A stretch of DNA of 64,000 nt. Origin: Eledone cirrhosa. Its lineage: Eukaryota. Positions 39,248 to 53,215 of this stretch are shown piece after piece (the first letter of the stretch is position 1; every line of letters starts with the position of its first letter). The position numbers and the translations under genes are program-made. The DNA lies in contig CAXHJY010000689.1 of the NCBI GenBank assembly GCA_964016885.1, forward strand, positions 62,001 through 126,000. Reading direction: 5' to 3'. The notes beneath the pieces are model-generated. The model saw only the letters and a program-made list of their open reading frames with translations. It searched no databases and was not told the DNA's origin.

Positions 39248-40441
39248 TGGAATCTAATTAAGCGAAAAGAACCTGGGTCAACTTAACCGTCCCGAGCAAA
39301 GTAATGGGCAGCAACGCAAAGGACGTTGATTTATAGATGCATTTAAGTCCGAACCCGTAAAGTGGAACTGTCCCCTCCCCTCAACCAATACATAACAAAG
39401 ATCAGACAGTTCTGCACCATTTCGGTGCTAATCAAAACCGAGGCCCTTGTCATAAAACACTCGGTGGTCCTCTGTAGCACAGATGATATTATCATGTACC
39501 CGTCCCACATGGGCAAAAGAACTGTGAAGGTTTGCATTCCCAGGATCCCACCAGGACTGAACATATTATAGCTCCTGGGATGTCTGGTCAAGGGGAGTAC
39601 CGAAACTACCTTCATAGACATTAAAACAGCGATAAAGGACTGGTCCGTGGTGGATTTGGAGATTATTCAGCAAATCAAGCCAGATCAGATAAAGAACATC
39701 CCGGACCATGTCCGCCTGCAGGATGGGTCCGCAATACAGGTAGTCACTGAAGGTAGCAGGCCACACTGTTTCGTCATCGGCGAAGCAACTCATTTGAGAG
39801 CCTTCTATCCTCACTTCAAAAGTGCAGGGGCCCCAAACGTCATTGCTGCCAATGCCAGTGCCGGCGCATAAATGCGCACACCGAAGAACAACGCCAGACC
39901 GGCAGCAGCAACAGTAGCTAAACCACCACCAACAACCAAGACAGATTTAACCCAATGGGAAGATAGGTAAGAGGAAGGGAGGGGGTTTTTCCCCTAACAA
40001 ATACAAACATAAACAGCCTCACAAACACACAAACATCTGAAACTGACACAGACCTCGTCTTCTCGTTGCGATGACGAAGAAGCAAAAACAAAATGCCAAC
40101 ACAGGGAAAATACCCCCCCCCCCCCACACACTCTCTCTCTCTCTCTCTCTCTCTCAAAAGTAAACAGAGACACAATAAACACATCCACATCCACAACAAC
40201 ACCAACACCACTACAACCACCCAAACCAAAACAAGCACAACCAGAACAACAAAGCACAGAAAACCTCGTGCTAGTAAGAAGAGCCAACGAAAAACTAATG
40301 GCCCTCATAGCACGAAGTAAATAAGGAAGGGGAGGGTGGCGAGACAAGTCCCCCCCCCCCCCCAGTACATTTGTTAAAAGGTGGCTGAGTGTTGAGAGAA
40401 TTGCCCGTGTGAATGGGCCTACTCTAAGCATGTGGCTCTAG
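39248..40441 (+). mobile_element. Decayed Tx1/L1-like non-LTR element: ORF1 remnant plus possible extreme 3' end of ORF2
   Basis: Disrupted frames MYPSHMGKRTVKVCIPRIPP and VVTEGSRPHCFVIGEATHLRAFYP (degenerate CX2CX4HX4C knuckle). 40363-40441 reads STFVKRWLSVERIARVNGPTLSMWL*. Confidence 0.6.
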
Positions 40442-41555
40442 GCTGGTTGATTTGAAGAGTAGAGAGGTGCTCTCCTCGAATGCTCTCGGAGCGTTGGGTG
40501 TTTCAAGATTGATGGGGTTCGTGAATTTCCCGTGGTTGCAATTCATCCTTGCGGGGTGGATTAAATAAAGTACCAGTAACGCACTGACATCGATCTAATC
40601 GACTTTCCTCTTCCCAAAAATTGTTGGCCTTGCTCCTAAATCAGAAACCATTGTTATTAATGAGGGCGATGGATTATCAGAATTGTTAGAGCGTCCGATA
40701 GAATGTTTTGCAGTATTTGTTCGAGTGCTCTGCTCTCTCTGTTCAAATTGCGCAATGGTCAACTTCGCCTTTTATCCTTCTGGAGTCCATAAAATTTCAC
40801 AAGTAAAGCACTGAGTTCAATTTAACCGACTTTCCCCTCCCTCAAAATTATTGGCTTTATTATTGACAGAACCATTGATCGGTCTACCCTGTCATTTTTC
40901 TAGGGTCGACAAAATACGTATCAGTCAAGTTAGTGGATTACATTTAAATGTCTATCTTGAGACCTTCATCGGTTTCAACGATGAATGTTCAAGTTGTTCG
41001 GTCAATGGAACGATCTATTTGGGAAATTAATGCGTACGTGGCTGAGTATTCCACGAACACATGTAATCACACCATAATTGATTCTGAAGGAGATTCAGTG
41101 TGAGACAGTGTGTGGTAAGGCTGATCTTTTAAAAATACAGGTTCAATTCATTTGACTGGTTTCTGAACAGTTTACGTCTTCCAAATTTCATTTACAGGAT
41201 TTGTGCCAACTGGAGCCAATAATAATTACACTTCCTCTAGGCGTCACACAATGGGACCGAACCATGAATCCATATGATTGAGAGGCGCCATCATGGCATA
41301 ATGGTCTTGGGTATTCTTCAAAATAGCGAAGCATATTCGTCTCTCAGCCAATTGTTTCCAGTGTATGTGTGTGTGTCTATGTGTGTGTGCGCGCGCATGC
41401 GTGTGTAAATGTAGGTAAAACAGAGGGGGGGGGAGAAAGGTTTACCCGAATATTAGGCTGATATATGTTCCATTCCTTGAACCCCTAAACTGTAGGACAT
41501 CACCGGTAGCTTAAGTAATGTAAATGCAAAAGCATATGCGATGACTACCCACCTC

Positions 41556-41586
<31 letters not shown>

Positions 41587-42236
41587 GCATACATAGTGTG
41601 TGTGTATGTGATGGATTTCTGCGCAGTTTATCTACAATATCTTACTGGCAAGGCATTAATCAAGCCAAGGCTTAGTAGAAGACACTTGCAGTGTGTTTGT
41701 TAACCGAAATTTACACCCATACGGCCGTGTCTGTGTCTATTGGAGTAAAAATGAAAAATATATTATTTTGAAGGGGGCCCTTCATTGAATGAGGGCACTG
41801 AGGTAAACATCCAATTCAAACGCTATTCATGGCACAAGAACTGATCTTAGTTAAGAAATTTATTGTTTGTAATTTTACCGACACAGGCCATCACTAGATG
41901 CCTGTGAATCCATTATTTCTTTCAACAAAAGAAAACATGGTTGTTCATAATGCTAAAGAAGAAGACGTTTCACTCAATAAAATTAGTGAATGAAACAATT
42001 CTGTATGTGAAAACCAACGTTGCGTTGTTCCTGTGTGTAAAAAAAAATGTACCTTCTTTGGTTGGGACTATTACGAATGTTCCAGTTGTTCGATCAATGG
42101 AACAGCCTGTTCGGTGGAATGAGTGTGTAAATGGCTGAGTATTCTACAGACACATGTACTACGTTTAATGTAATGGGAACAACGTTTATTGATCACTACT
42201 TCACAATATAGATATGCGTATATATATATATATATA

Positions 42237-42436
42237 GTAATAATAAATATGAAGACTAAAATCCGAAGAGGGCTCGATAAGGATTGTGTGTGTGTGTATA
42301 TATATATATATCAACCCGTAGAGCAAATATTTATTATAAGAACAGATTAAAGTTTAAGCAAAGAATCGCTGCTTTCACCCTTAACGGGATCTTCTGAAGC
42401 AGCGATTCTTTGCTTAAACTTTAATCTGTTCTTATA
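42237..42436 (-). mobile_element. Hairpin+tail cassette, family G (copy 3)
   Basis: Perfect arms of about 39 bp (42335-42373 / 42398-42436), flanked by (TA)n. Confidence 0.85.
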
Positions 42437-43237
42437 TATATATATATATAAATGAAAGGTATAGAAAGTATTGTAGCAAGAAGCCAACAGTATTCCATAA
42501 TATATAAGTGACTATAGCGTCAAAATGGCAAAATAGTGAACGTAAGATGTGGGAAATATATATATATATAAGAAAATACTTTATTTTACAAAGCTATTTA
42601 TACAAAAACAAAACACAATAGTACAGAGAACAAGAAAAATTGACATTGAAATTCGGCATGACAGAGTGTATAATAAAGCTAGCCGTTTGAATTACTGTTA
42701 CAATCAATTCAACGGGCTTTTCATCAGTTTCCGTCTACCAAATCTCTCGCTGGTGGCTTCGGTATACTCGGGGCTATGATAAACGAATCCATCGGCCTTA
42801 CCGCAACGCTATACGATTATTACATAGACGAGTGTATCAACGTTAAAACGTATTTAATATATTATCATTTCATTTGACTGTTATGTTCAGTGACCATTAC
42901 AGAATCCACCTTCTTATACGTGTGTGTATGCATATAAAGCCTGATGTGCTGAGACCCGGGAGACCACAAATATAACCTTGCGTACAGTTCTTCTGTAGCG
43001 AAGAATCTATATCTGCCCACGAGGACGTTTCACTGCGTGGAAATCATAGGTTTCGGAGTAGTACGAATTGTGTGTACATAAAACCCTCCTTCTGACCTAA
43101 CCCAAAACTAAATCATTACAAGAGTGCGCTTAATTAACAACCCATTCGATAGAAAACTTTCATTCGTATTGCATCTATCTGAAGATTGTGCTGTTTTGCA
43201 TGAAACTTATCATTAAAAATATAATATCTACTATATA

Positions 43238-43269
<32 letters not shown>

Positions 43270-43923
43270 CTAGCAGTGGTACCCGGCGTTGCACGTGATA
43301 AGGTATTTTGGAACGCAAGCCGCCAACAGACCTAATCGTCGAAAAACTGCATGCGTGGACAATATGTAAAGAAAATAAACCGAATACTCTGATGGCTGGA
43401 TAATCTTTAAGATTTTCCTCGGTGAAGTAGGAAAAATGCAGGTTTTCACTTAGGGGATCAAGAAAATGAATTTTTTTTATGTGCATAATATGCCTTGAAA
43501 TTTTGGGAAAATCGGCTAGACGTAACACCTCAAAAAAAACCCTAAAGAGCTGAAAATATGAAATTTTTCACCAAATGCTGGCCCTAGGCCATAAAAAAGT
43601 TGGATTTTCTTTGCTCACGGTATGAAGAAGAGACTGACTAATACTTAGTTACAATTTCAAGGAAATCGGTCTGACGTAACGCCTCAAAAAAACCCTATAA
43701 AAAGCTAAAAAACGCATTTATTCACATAATGCTAAGGGATCAAAAAGTTGGATTTTTTAATGTGCATAACACTCCCTGAAACATAATACACATGTAAAGT
43801 TTGAAAAAAATCGGTTGGGTACTTCTCGAGTTTTAGGGATTCAAACTCACACACACACGCACACACACACGCACACACACACACGCACACACACACACAC
43901 ACGCACACACGCACGCACACACG

Positions 43924-43986
<63 letters not shown>

Positions 43987-43995
43987 CCTCAGTTT

Positions 43996-44010
<15 letters not shown>
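43270..44010 (-). mobile_element. Non-autonomous Helitron
   Basis: Minus-strand 3' end cgtgcaacgccgggtaccactgCTAG|t; 5' tatataaaactgaggatgtgtg with (TG)n, an accgatttttttcaaacttt motif and internal repeats. Confidence 0.75.
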
Positions 44011-44032
<22 letters not shown>

Positions 44033-44034
<2 letters not shown>

Positions 44035-44381
44035 ATACTATTAAAACTCTGTGATTGTGTACTTGTCTGTAATGTAATACAGCCAAAACGGCGCATAATG
44101 GGAAAATACTTTGAAAGGAAGTTGACCCTGAAATGCGCATGCACATGGAATAAAACGGGTTCCAGAGATAAATAGAGTGAGAGAAAGATAGAGAGAAGGA
44201 TAGTGGTTGTGAGAGAGTAGATTGAGAGAGAGACATAGAGATAGAGGGCGAGACAGAGAAGGAAAATAGAGAAAATAGAAAAAAGAGAGAGCGGTGGTGT
44301 TGTTGAATGTAATTATAACAAGTCATTTCAAAGCATCGAATACATTTGAACGTGATTCACGGGTGGGTCACGGGTGGTCTA

Positions 44382-44382
<1 letters not shown>
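44033..44382 (+). mobile_element. Short non-autonomous Helitron
   Basis: 5' tatactattaaaactc...tgtctgt; 3' cgtgattcacg hairpin followed by gggtggtCTAG|t. Confidence 0.55.
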
Positions 44383-44438
<56 letters not shown>

Positions 44439-44684
44439 CGTGTGTCTGTGTGTGTGTGTGTGTGTGTGTGCGTGCGTGTGTCTGTGTGTGTGTGTGTCTG
44501 TATGTGTAGTGGGGGCGAGGGAGATAGTAATTCATCTTTCTATGTAAATATAGCCTAAATATGCAGAAGTTATTTATTAGAAACCTAAAAATGATGTATG
44601 TCTGTGTGGATCTCTGTATGCATGTTAACATTCTATAAATACCTCAATTTATATTTGCATAAAGCACGTAGATACCTACGTACA

Positions 44685-44733
<49 letters not shown>

Positions 44734-44749
44734 GGGGGGGGCATTATAT

Positions 44750-45039
44750 ATATAAAGATCCGGGCAATGTTTTGTTGAAGATCAACAGTCGCCCATGTAT
44801 GTCAGTTTCCCCTCTCTTTGCCTCCGGTTCCGTCCAAGGATAAAGCAAAGACCGATACTGCCGGGAACGAATGACGTCACAACACAAATGAGTTATGACG
44901 TCACTGATTAAACTAGAGCAACGTGATATAAAGTGTGTTGCACAAAGACACAACGCGCTGTCCGGTACGGGAATAGAACTGACAACCTTACAATTGTGAG
45001 CTCAACGCTCTAACCACTAAGTCACGCGCCTTCGCGCGC

Positions 45040-45096
<57 letters not shown>

Positions 45097-45355
45097 GGCG
45101 AATGGCTTAGTGGTTAGAGCATTGGGCTTGCAATCGAAAGGTTGTGAGTTCAATTCTCGGACTGAGTGATGTGTTGTTTCCTTGAGCAAGACACTTTATT
45201 TCACGTTGCTCCAGTTTACTCAGCTGTAGAAATGAGTACCGGCCTGCCCGCCCAGCCAGTGGGATGGCGTTATCTTATGGCTAAAACAGCACGACGTGCT
45301 GTGACCAGCGGCGCCGATTGGCGCCCGACAGACTGGTCGGTCAGGGTGATCAAGA

Positions 45356-45358
<3 letters not shown>
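44750..45358. mobile_element. Two family-1 SINEs head-to-head around (TG)n
   Basis: The minus copy ends ...ctctaaccactaagtcacgcgccttc (about 45033). The plus copy starts gaaggcgaatggcttagtggttagag (45094). Confidence 0.75.
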
Positions 45359-45394
<36 letters not shown>

Positions 45395-45782
45395 ATTTTA
45401 TTTTATTTTATTTTATTTTTCATTTTATATCACACTAATGCAATAACAGCGGCGTGTCACCCAGAGAGACTCTATACGGTCTCTCGATATGCTAATATTA
45501 GCAACCATATACCATCAAATGCATCGAGGAAGCTACATTGGCGTAAATGTTTTCCCTGATATACAATGAGACATGATGTTCACGTTTGGAATAGCTTTGA
45601 TCATATGTCTACTCAATCAAAGCTGACCTAGGGCTAAACAACAGTGACAATCAACCATGTTCAACAATATAGATGTAACAAGAATAATATGCAGACTCTG
45701 CTTCATTTGACTTCATATTTGTGCAACTACTATCATTGTTGCTGTATTGCACTAGTTTCTACTACTGCAGCTTAGTGCTGCT

Positions 45783-48340
45783 GATAATGATTATAGTGAT
45801 GATGGTGGTGGTGGTGGTGGTGGTGGTAGTGGTGGTGGTGGTGGTGGTGGTGGTGGTAGACATGATGGTGGTGGTGATGGTGGTGGTGGTGGTGATTGTG
45901 GTAGACATGATGGTGGTGGTGGTGGTGGTGGTGGTGGTGATTGTGGTAGACATGATGGTGGTGGTGGTGGTGGTGGTGGTGATTGTGGTAGACATGATGG
46001 TGGTGGTGGTAAGGATGATGATGATGGTAGTGGTGGTGGTGATTGTGGTAGACATGGTGGTGGTAAGGATGATGATGATGGTAGTGGTGGTGGTGATTGT
46101 GGTAGACATGGTGGTGGTAAGGATGATGATGATGGTGGTGGTGATTGTGGTAGACATGGTGGTGGTGGTGGTGGTGGTAGAGATGATGATGATGGTGGTG
46201 GTGGTGATTGTGATAGACATGGTGGTGGTGGTGGTAAGGATGATGATGATGGTGTTGGTGGTGGTGATTGTGGTAGACATGGTGGTGGTGGTGGTGGTAA
46301 GGATGATGATGATGGTGGTGGTGGTGGTGATTGTGGTAGACATGGTGGTGGTGGTGATTGTGGTAGACATGGTGGTGGTGGTAAGGATGATGATGATGGT
46401 GGTGATTGTGATAGACATGGTGGTGGTGGTGGTGGTAAGGATGATGATGATGGTGGTGCTGGTGGTGATTGTGGTAGACATGGTGGTGGTGGTGGTGGTG
46501 GTGATTGTGGTAGACATGGTGGTGGTGGTGGTGATTGTGGTAGACATGGTGGTGGTGGTGGTGGTAAGGATGATGATGATGGTGGTGGTGGTAGAGATGA
46601 TGATGGTGGTGGTGGTGGTGATTGTGGTAGACATGGTGGTGGTGGTGGTGGTGGTAGAGATGATGATGATGGTGGTGGTGGTGATTGTGATAGACATGGT
46701 GGTGGTGGTGGTAAGGATGATGATGATGGTGTTGGTGGTGGTGATTGTGGTAGACATGGTGGTGGTGGTGGTGGTAAGGATGATGATGATGGTGGTGGTG
46801 GTAGAGATGATGATGGTGGTGGTGGTGGTGATTGTGGTAGACATGGTGGTGGTGGTAAGGATGATGATGATGGTGGTGATTGTGATAGACATGGTGGTGG
46901 TGGTGGTGGTAAGGATGATGATGATGGTGGTGGTGGTGGTGATTGTGGTAGACATGGTGGTGGTGGTGGTGGTAAGGATGATGATGATGGTGGTGGTGGT
47001 AGAGATGATGATGGTGGTGGTGGTGGTGATTGTGGTAGACATGGTGGTGGTGGTAAGGATGATGATGATGGTGGTGATTGTGATAGACATGGTGGTGGTG
47101 GTGGTGGTAAGGATGATGATGATGGTGGTGGTGGTGTTGGTAGAGATGATGATGGTGGTGGTGGTGGTGATTGTGGTAGACATGGTGGTGGTGGTGATTG
47201 TGGTAGACATGGTGGTGGTGGTGGTGATTGTGGTAGACATGGTGGTGGTGGTGGTGGTGATTGTGGTAGACATGGTGGTGGTGTTGGTGGTGATTGTGGT
47301 AGACATGGTGGTGGTGTTGGTGGTGATTGTGGTAGACATGGTGGTGGTGGTGGTGGTGATTGTGGTAGACATGGTGGTGGTGGTGGTGGTGATTGTGGTA
47401 GACATGGTGGTGGTGGTGGTGGTGATTGTGGTAGACATGGTGGTGGTGTTGGTGGTGATTGTGGTAGACATGGTGGTGGTGGTGGTGGTGATTGTGGTAG
47501 ACATGGTGGTGGTGGTGGTGGTGATTGTGGTAGACATGGTGGTGGTGGTGGTGGTGATTGTGGTAGACATGGTGGTGGTGTTGGTGGTGATTGTGGTAGA
47601 CATGGTGGTGGTGGTGGTGGTGATTGTGGTAGACATGGTGGTGGTGGTGGTGGTGATTGTGGTAGACATGGTGGTGGTGGTGGTGGTGATTGTGGTAGAC
47701 ATGGTGGTGGTGTTGGTGGTGATTGTGGTAGACATGGTGGTGGTGCTGGTGTAAGGATGATGATGATGATGGTGGTAGACATGGTGGTGGTGGTAAGGAT
47801 GATGATGATGGTAGTGGTGGTGGTAGAGGTGATGATGGTGGTGGTGGTTAAGATTATAATTATATTGATGGGAGAGGGCGAAGGTCGCAAGGTTGTGATG
47901 ATAATAGTGATGGTGGTGGTAAGGATGGTGATGGTGGTGTTGGTGGTGGTAGAGATGGTGATGGTGCTGATGGTAAGGATGATGATGGTGGTGGTAGAGA
48001 TGAAGACGGAAGTGGTGGTGGTAGAGATGATAATTATATTGATGGAAGAGGGGGGAGGGTGGCATGGACCGTGTTTGTGATGATAATGGTGATGGTGGGG
48101 AAGATCGCGGTGGTGATCAGGATGCGAGTGATGGTGGTGGGGGCAAAAAGGATGATGATGATGATGGCGGATGGTAGGAAGAACAGTGGTGATGATGATG
48201 GTGATCATGATGATGCTGTTGGTGATAATGATGTTGAGGGAAGTGTTTGGTGGGGAAATGATGGTTGTGATCATGATGCTTATGATATGGTAGACAATGA
48301 TGATGATGATGAACTTCGTGGTAGTGTGGTAATGGTAGTA
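45783..48340. repeat. (GTG/ATG)n compound minisatellite with gtgattgtggtagacatg units
   Basis: Directly visible; produces the 677-827 aa artefactual ORFs. Confidence 0.95.
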
Positions 48341-48367
48341 GTGTTATTGGTTTTAGGGGAGGTAACT

Positions 48368-48551
48368 ATAATTATTTCTACTTTTGGCACAAGGCCAGCA
48401 ATTATCGCAGTGCATTACTGGTACTTTATTTTATCGACCCCGTAAGGATGAAAGGCAAAGTTAACCTCGGCGGGATTCGAACTCAGATTATAAAGGGGCG
48501 TAACTCTTTGCTGCAAAGCATGGTGTCCGACCCTCTACCGATACTGCCAAT
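48368..48551 (-). mobile_element. Family-2 SINE, short subfamily
   Basis: Close match to 23058-23238. Confidence 0.85.
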
Positions 48552-49654
48552 GGTGGTAAGAATCGTGATGGTGATCATGTTTATGCTGGTTGTAAAGATG
48601 ATGGAGGGGTGGTCACGATGATGTTTAAGGTGTTATTGCTGTTGTTGGCATTTTGGAAATTTCAATTCCAACTATTTTTTTAATATGATGATCCTAATAC
48701 GTTACTGCAGGCGGCGAATTGGCAGAGTCGTTTGAACGTTGGATAGAATGTTCTCCGGTATTCGTTTCGAATCTCTGCTATCTGAGTTTACATTCCGCGG
48801 AGGTCAACGGAGGTCAACTTTGCCTTTCATCCATTTGAGGTCGATAAAAAGTACCAGTTTGGTACTGGGATAGATTCATCCACTGTATGTTTCTCACTCA
48901 CTATACTTTCTCTGGAAAGAAGTCTGTTGTATTCAGACCTGGAGAGGTGAGCGGTTCCACCAAGTGTTTTTATTCAAATGCTCAGAAGTTATGGGACGAG
49001 ACAAAGAGAGAATACGTTACTTTAACAAAACTTATATTAATGTTGATCTAATTAGGCCTCACGTCAAATCTGATTGAGCAAACATATAATGAAAGTTATT
49101 CCATTCGAGCCTCATCCGACATCTTATTGTTTGATATTAAGGTGATTTGGAAGCTATTTCTAGCATGTCAAGTGATCACGTAGAGACTCCCCCATTAGTT
49201 CGTTGCAGCTATTATTGTTGGGATTGGCAGAGCCGTTAGAGCATCGTACAAAATGTTTAGTGATATTTAGTCTGCTCTTTATGTTCTGATTTCAAATCCC
49301 GCCCGCCGAGGTTAGCTTTGCATTTCCTCCTTAGAGAGTCAATAACAAAACGTACCAGTACCATACTGTGGTCGATGTAATCAAATTTCCCCTCTCCACA
49401 AAAAATGCTGGTGTTGTGTCTAAATCATTATTGCTGGAGTTGTTGCTTAGCCCTGGATCAGCACAGATCTAGAAGACCTATAATCAAAAGTCTATCACAT
49501 TTCCATTTCAGGCATATTGCAGCAAAGACACTTTGAACTTTAGCAGATTCGTTAGAGCATCGGACAAAATACCTTAAGGCATTTGTTTGTCTGATTCTGA
49601 GTTTCAATTATGGCTTTATTAGGTTAACTTTGTATCCTTCAATGGTCGATAAAA

Positions 49655-49883
49655 GTCGCTGGACAGATTTATGGGCAAAACCAGCCGGCAGGTGACCCGG
49701 GGGGTAAACCCCAAGCAAGTTGATTAGATAACATCCATGAACTCGGCTGGTCTTGCTTGCTGATCCAGCCGAAACAAATTGGAGATGGTTGCTTCCAACA
49801 GGACTCGCTGGAGGGAGTGTTTGAGGACCCCACGACCTTCTCATGAATAAGTGGACGAAGAAGAAGCAGACGAAGAAAAGAAG
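49655..49883 (+). mobile_element. 5'-truncated RTE-clade LINE 3' end inserted in a family-2 SINE
   Basis: Frameshifted translation KPAGR*PGGKPQAS*LDNIHELGWS...MVASNRTRWRECL, a (GAA)n-like tail, and an imperfect TSD ggtcgataaaa / ggtcgaaaa. Confidence 0.65.
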
Positions 49884-50277
49884 GGTCGAAAAGATAAAAT
49901 ACCAGCCAAATACCTGGTTTGATTTAATCAGTTTTCTTCTCCACTTAGATTTTTCTCTCTCTGTTTAAATTAAAATTCATTACTTTTAAAATGACAAGGA
50001 ACGATTTGAGGGAAATTTTGCTGCTATTTCTAGCGTAAGACATATCCATGTAGAAACTCACGTGATAGCTTGTTGCAATCATTATTGTTCATGGTTATGC
50101 TCATCAAGTAGACGTGTGGCCAGAGGTGTTCCGGTTGTGATAATATCATCCACAATTTCTGACATTGTATAGCTAGGACTACATTATTTAATGTCTCCTA
50201 TTGTAGTAAATTCGTATTGTTGTTGTTTTTGCCATTGTGGTTAACTTGCTGTTGGTGCACATACAGCCACCAACACC

Positions 50278-50374
<97 letters not shown>

Positions 50375-51192
50375 CTGCTGCTGCCGCTTTGTTAATATTA
50401 CTGGTGCTGCTATAACAAAATTGCAGCTACTGCTTTTGCTAGTGTTGCAGCAACTGCTGCAGCTACTGATGTTGTTGGTGATGTTGATGCAATGTATTTG
50501 TAGTCCGTGCACCTAACTACCATAAGTGCAGTGTTGCTGTTACTGTTGTAATGTCAAATTCTGCAGCTACTGCAATCTATCATAATATTGCAGTTATTTC
50601 TGTTGTCATCAACTGCTGTACTATTGTTTGTTTGTTTTATTGTTGTTTGTTAGTGTAACTGCAATTGCTATTGCACCTGCATATTTTGATGTCAGTGCGA
50701 TTGTAGCTCTATGTTTGCTGTTGCAGCTAGACTTCTGCTGTTGTTGTTGCTGTTCATTGTAGTGGTTGTAACAGTGGTGTTGTTGTTGCTGCTGTTCGTG
50801 GTGGTCGTTGTGATTGTGATGTTGTTGTTGTCGTTAGTAATAATGGTGGTTGTGCTGTCGGGTCGGGGTGGTGTTGTTTATGGTGTTAGTGCAATTGTAG
50901 CTCTATATGTATTGTTGCAGCTAGTCTTCTACTGCTGCTGTTGTTGTCGTTCGTTGTAGTTGTGATGGATTAGCTGTGGTGATGGTGGTATTGTTAATGG
51001 TGTTGTTATTGTTGTTGGTGTTAATGGTGGTGGTGGTGGTGGTGGTAACGGTGGTGTTTGTGTTGTTGATGTTGCTTCTGCTATTGGCTTTGATTTTGTT
51101 ATTGTTTTTTTTTTGCGTTAGTGATGCTGTTGAATTGTTTCTGTTGTTAGTGGTGGTGGTGATTTTCATGGTTCCTACTACTACTACTACTG

Positions 51193-51243
<51 letters not shown>

Positions 51244-52019
51244 TATGGTCAATGGATCTGCTGGAATTAGCACACATATTTCCCTTCCAAACACATTCTT
51301 AGAACAGAACAAAAAAAATCGGATACATTAGTTAATGTAGTCTTAGATATACTCTGCCTGAAAATACGACGGTATGGCCTCGGCTGGAACGCCATTGATC
51401 TTAGGGTTTCGGGATGGAAGACGATCGTAGTTTAAGACACATCAACCGCAATAGGAAATTACAACAACTGCAGCCACCACAACAACAACATCATTATCAA
51501 CTACAGGAACAACACAACGACAACAACATCAACAGTAACATCAACATCAACTACAACAACAATAACAAATATTTCTATTATTGATGCAGCTTCAATTGTT
51601 ATGTCTATAAATGCAGCTGTAGTTGTTGAAATTTTAGTGCAGTTGTTATAATGTTGTTTGTTGTCATCATAAACATTATTATTATTGTTATTACTATTAT
51701 TATTATTATTATTACTATTTTCAAAATAGCTGCTCTTGAAATTGCAGTTATGTTTTTGTTGTTGAGGGGGGTAGGGGAGTATGATGCTGCAACAGTTGAC
51801 TTGAAGTTAGTCGGTGCAGCTACTACTATGATTAAATGTGTTTCTCTTGCTGCACAAGTCACTGCATTTGGGAATTTTTGTTATCGCTTCAAATCTGTTT
51901 CAGATGTTATCGACGTTGTTATTTAAACCGACGTCAAATCAGAAACTGTTATTTAAGCCTAGATCATCGTTCAGTGAACCTCTGATCAAAATTATTCTAG
52001 TCATGGTGGCTGTGCTGTT

Positions 52020-52802
52020 GTTATGATTGTTATTGTTGTGGTTATTATGACTTGTTCTATTTTGATTCTTGTTGGTGTTAGAATTGTTGAGCTGTTATGA
52101 TACTTGCTGTGTTATGATTGTTGTTATGATTCTTGTTGGTGTTAAAATTGTTGAGCTGTTATGATACTTGCCGTGTTATGATTGTTGTTATGATTCTTGT
52201 TGGTGTTAAAATTGTTGAGCTGTTATGATACTTGGTGTGTTATGATACTTGTTGTGTTATGATTGTTGTTATGATTCTTGTTGGTGTTAGAATTGTTGAG
52301 ATGTTATGATACTTGTGTTATGATTGGTGTTATGATTCTTGTTGGTGTTAGAATTGATGAGATGTTAAGATACTTGTGTTATGATTGGTGTTATGATTCT
52401 TGTTGGTGTTAGAATTGTTGAGCTGTTATGATATTTGTGTTATGATTGGTGTTATGATTCTTGTTGGTGTTAGAATTGTTGAGATGTTATGATACTTGTG
52501 TTATGATTTGTGTTATGATTCTTGTTGGCGTTAAAATTGTTGAGCTGTTATGATACTTGTTGTGTTATGATTGTTGTTATGATTCTTGTTGGTGTTAGAA
52601 TTGTTGAGATGTTATGATACTTGTGTTATGATTGGTGTTATGATTCTTGTTGGTGTTAGAATTGTTGAGATGTTATGATACTTGTGTTATGATTGGTGTT
52701 ATGATTCTTGTTGGTGTTAGAATTGTTGAGCTGTTATGATATTTGTGTTATGATTGGTGTTATGATTCTTGTTGGTGTTAGAATTGTTGAGCTGTTATGA
52801 TT
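52020..52802. repeat. 61-64 bp minisatellite, about 12 copies
   Basis: Unit ttatgattcttgttggtgttagaattgttgagatgttatgatacttgtgttatgattggtg. Confidence 0.95.
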
Positions 52803-53142
52803 GTAGTGCTGTTATGGTGAGGTGTATTTCTCTTGCCATTGTACTTACTGCTGCTGTTACACCTTTGACAGCGACAACAAAAATCTGCAAATCATAGGAC
52901 TTCCTTCCTAATTGGTGTATGATAATTGTGACGTCAAAACTAGACCGATCGATAGAAGCGCTACACATACACACACACACACACACACACATGCACACAC
53001 AACCATACATATATATACAGATACATATACAAACAAATACGTGCGCGTGCACTTAATAATATTTTGATACCTTCAGGACCTCTGTTTGTTTCTGGGTTTT
53101 CATATATTCCCCTCCCCTCTCTTTCTCTCTCTCACTCATTTT

Positions 53143-53215
<73 letters not shown>

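Noticed and set aside
42700-42735. CTGATGA on the minus strand as a hammerhead core
   Set aside because: It is part of a diverged SINE tail (gacggaaactga...aagcccg), with no GAAA or NUH at the right position.
45721-48274. Long ORFs of 677, 767 and 827 aa (poly-V, poly-T, poly-P; mucin- or extensin-like)
   Set aside because: They are translations of a GTG/ATG trinucleotide-phase minisatellite that is open in several frames on both strands, with no unique domain.
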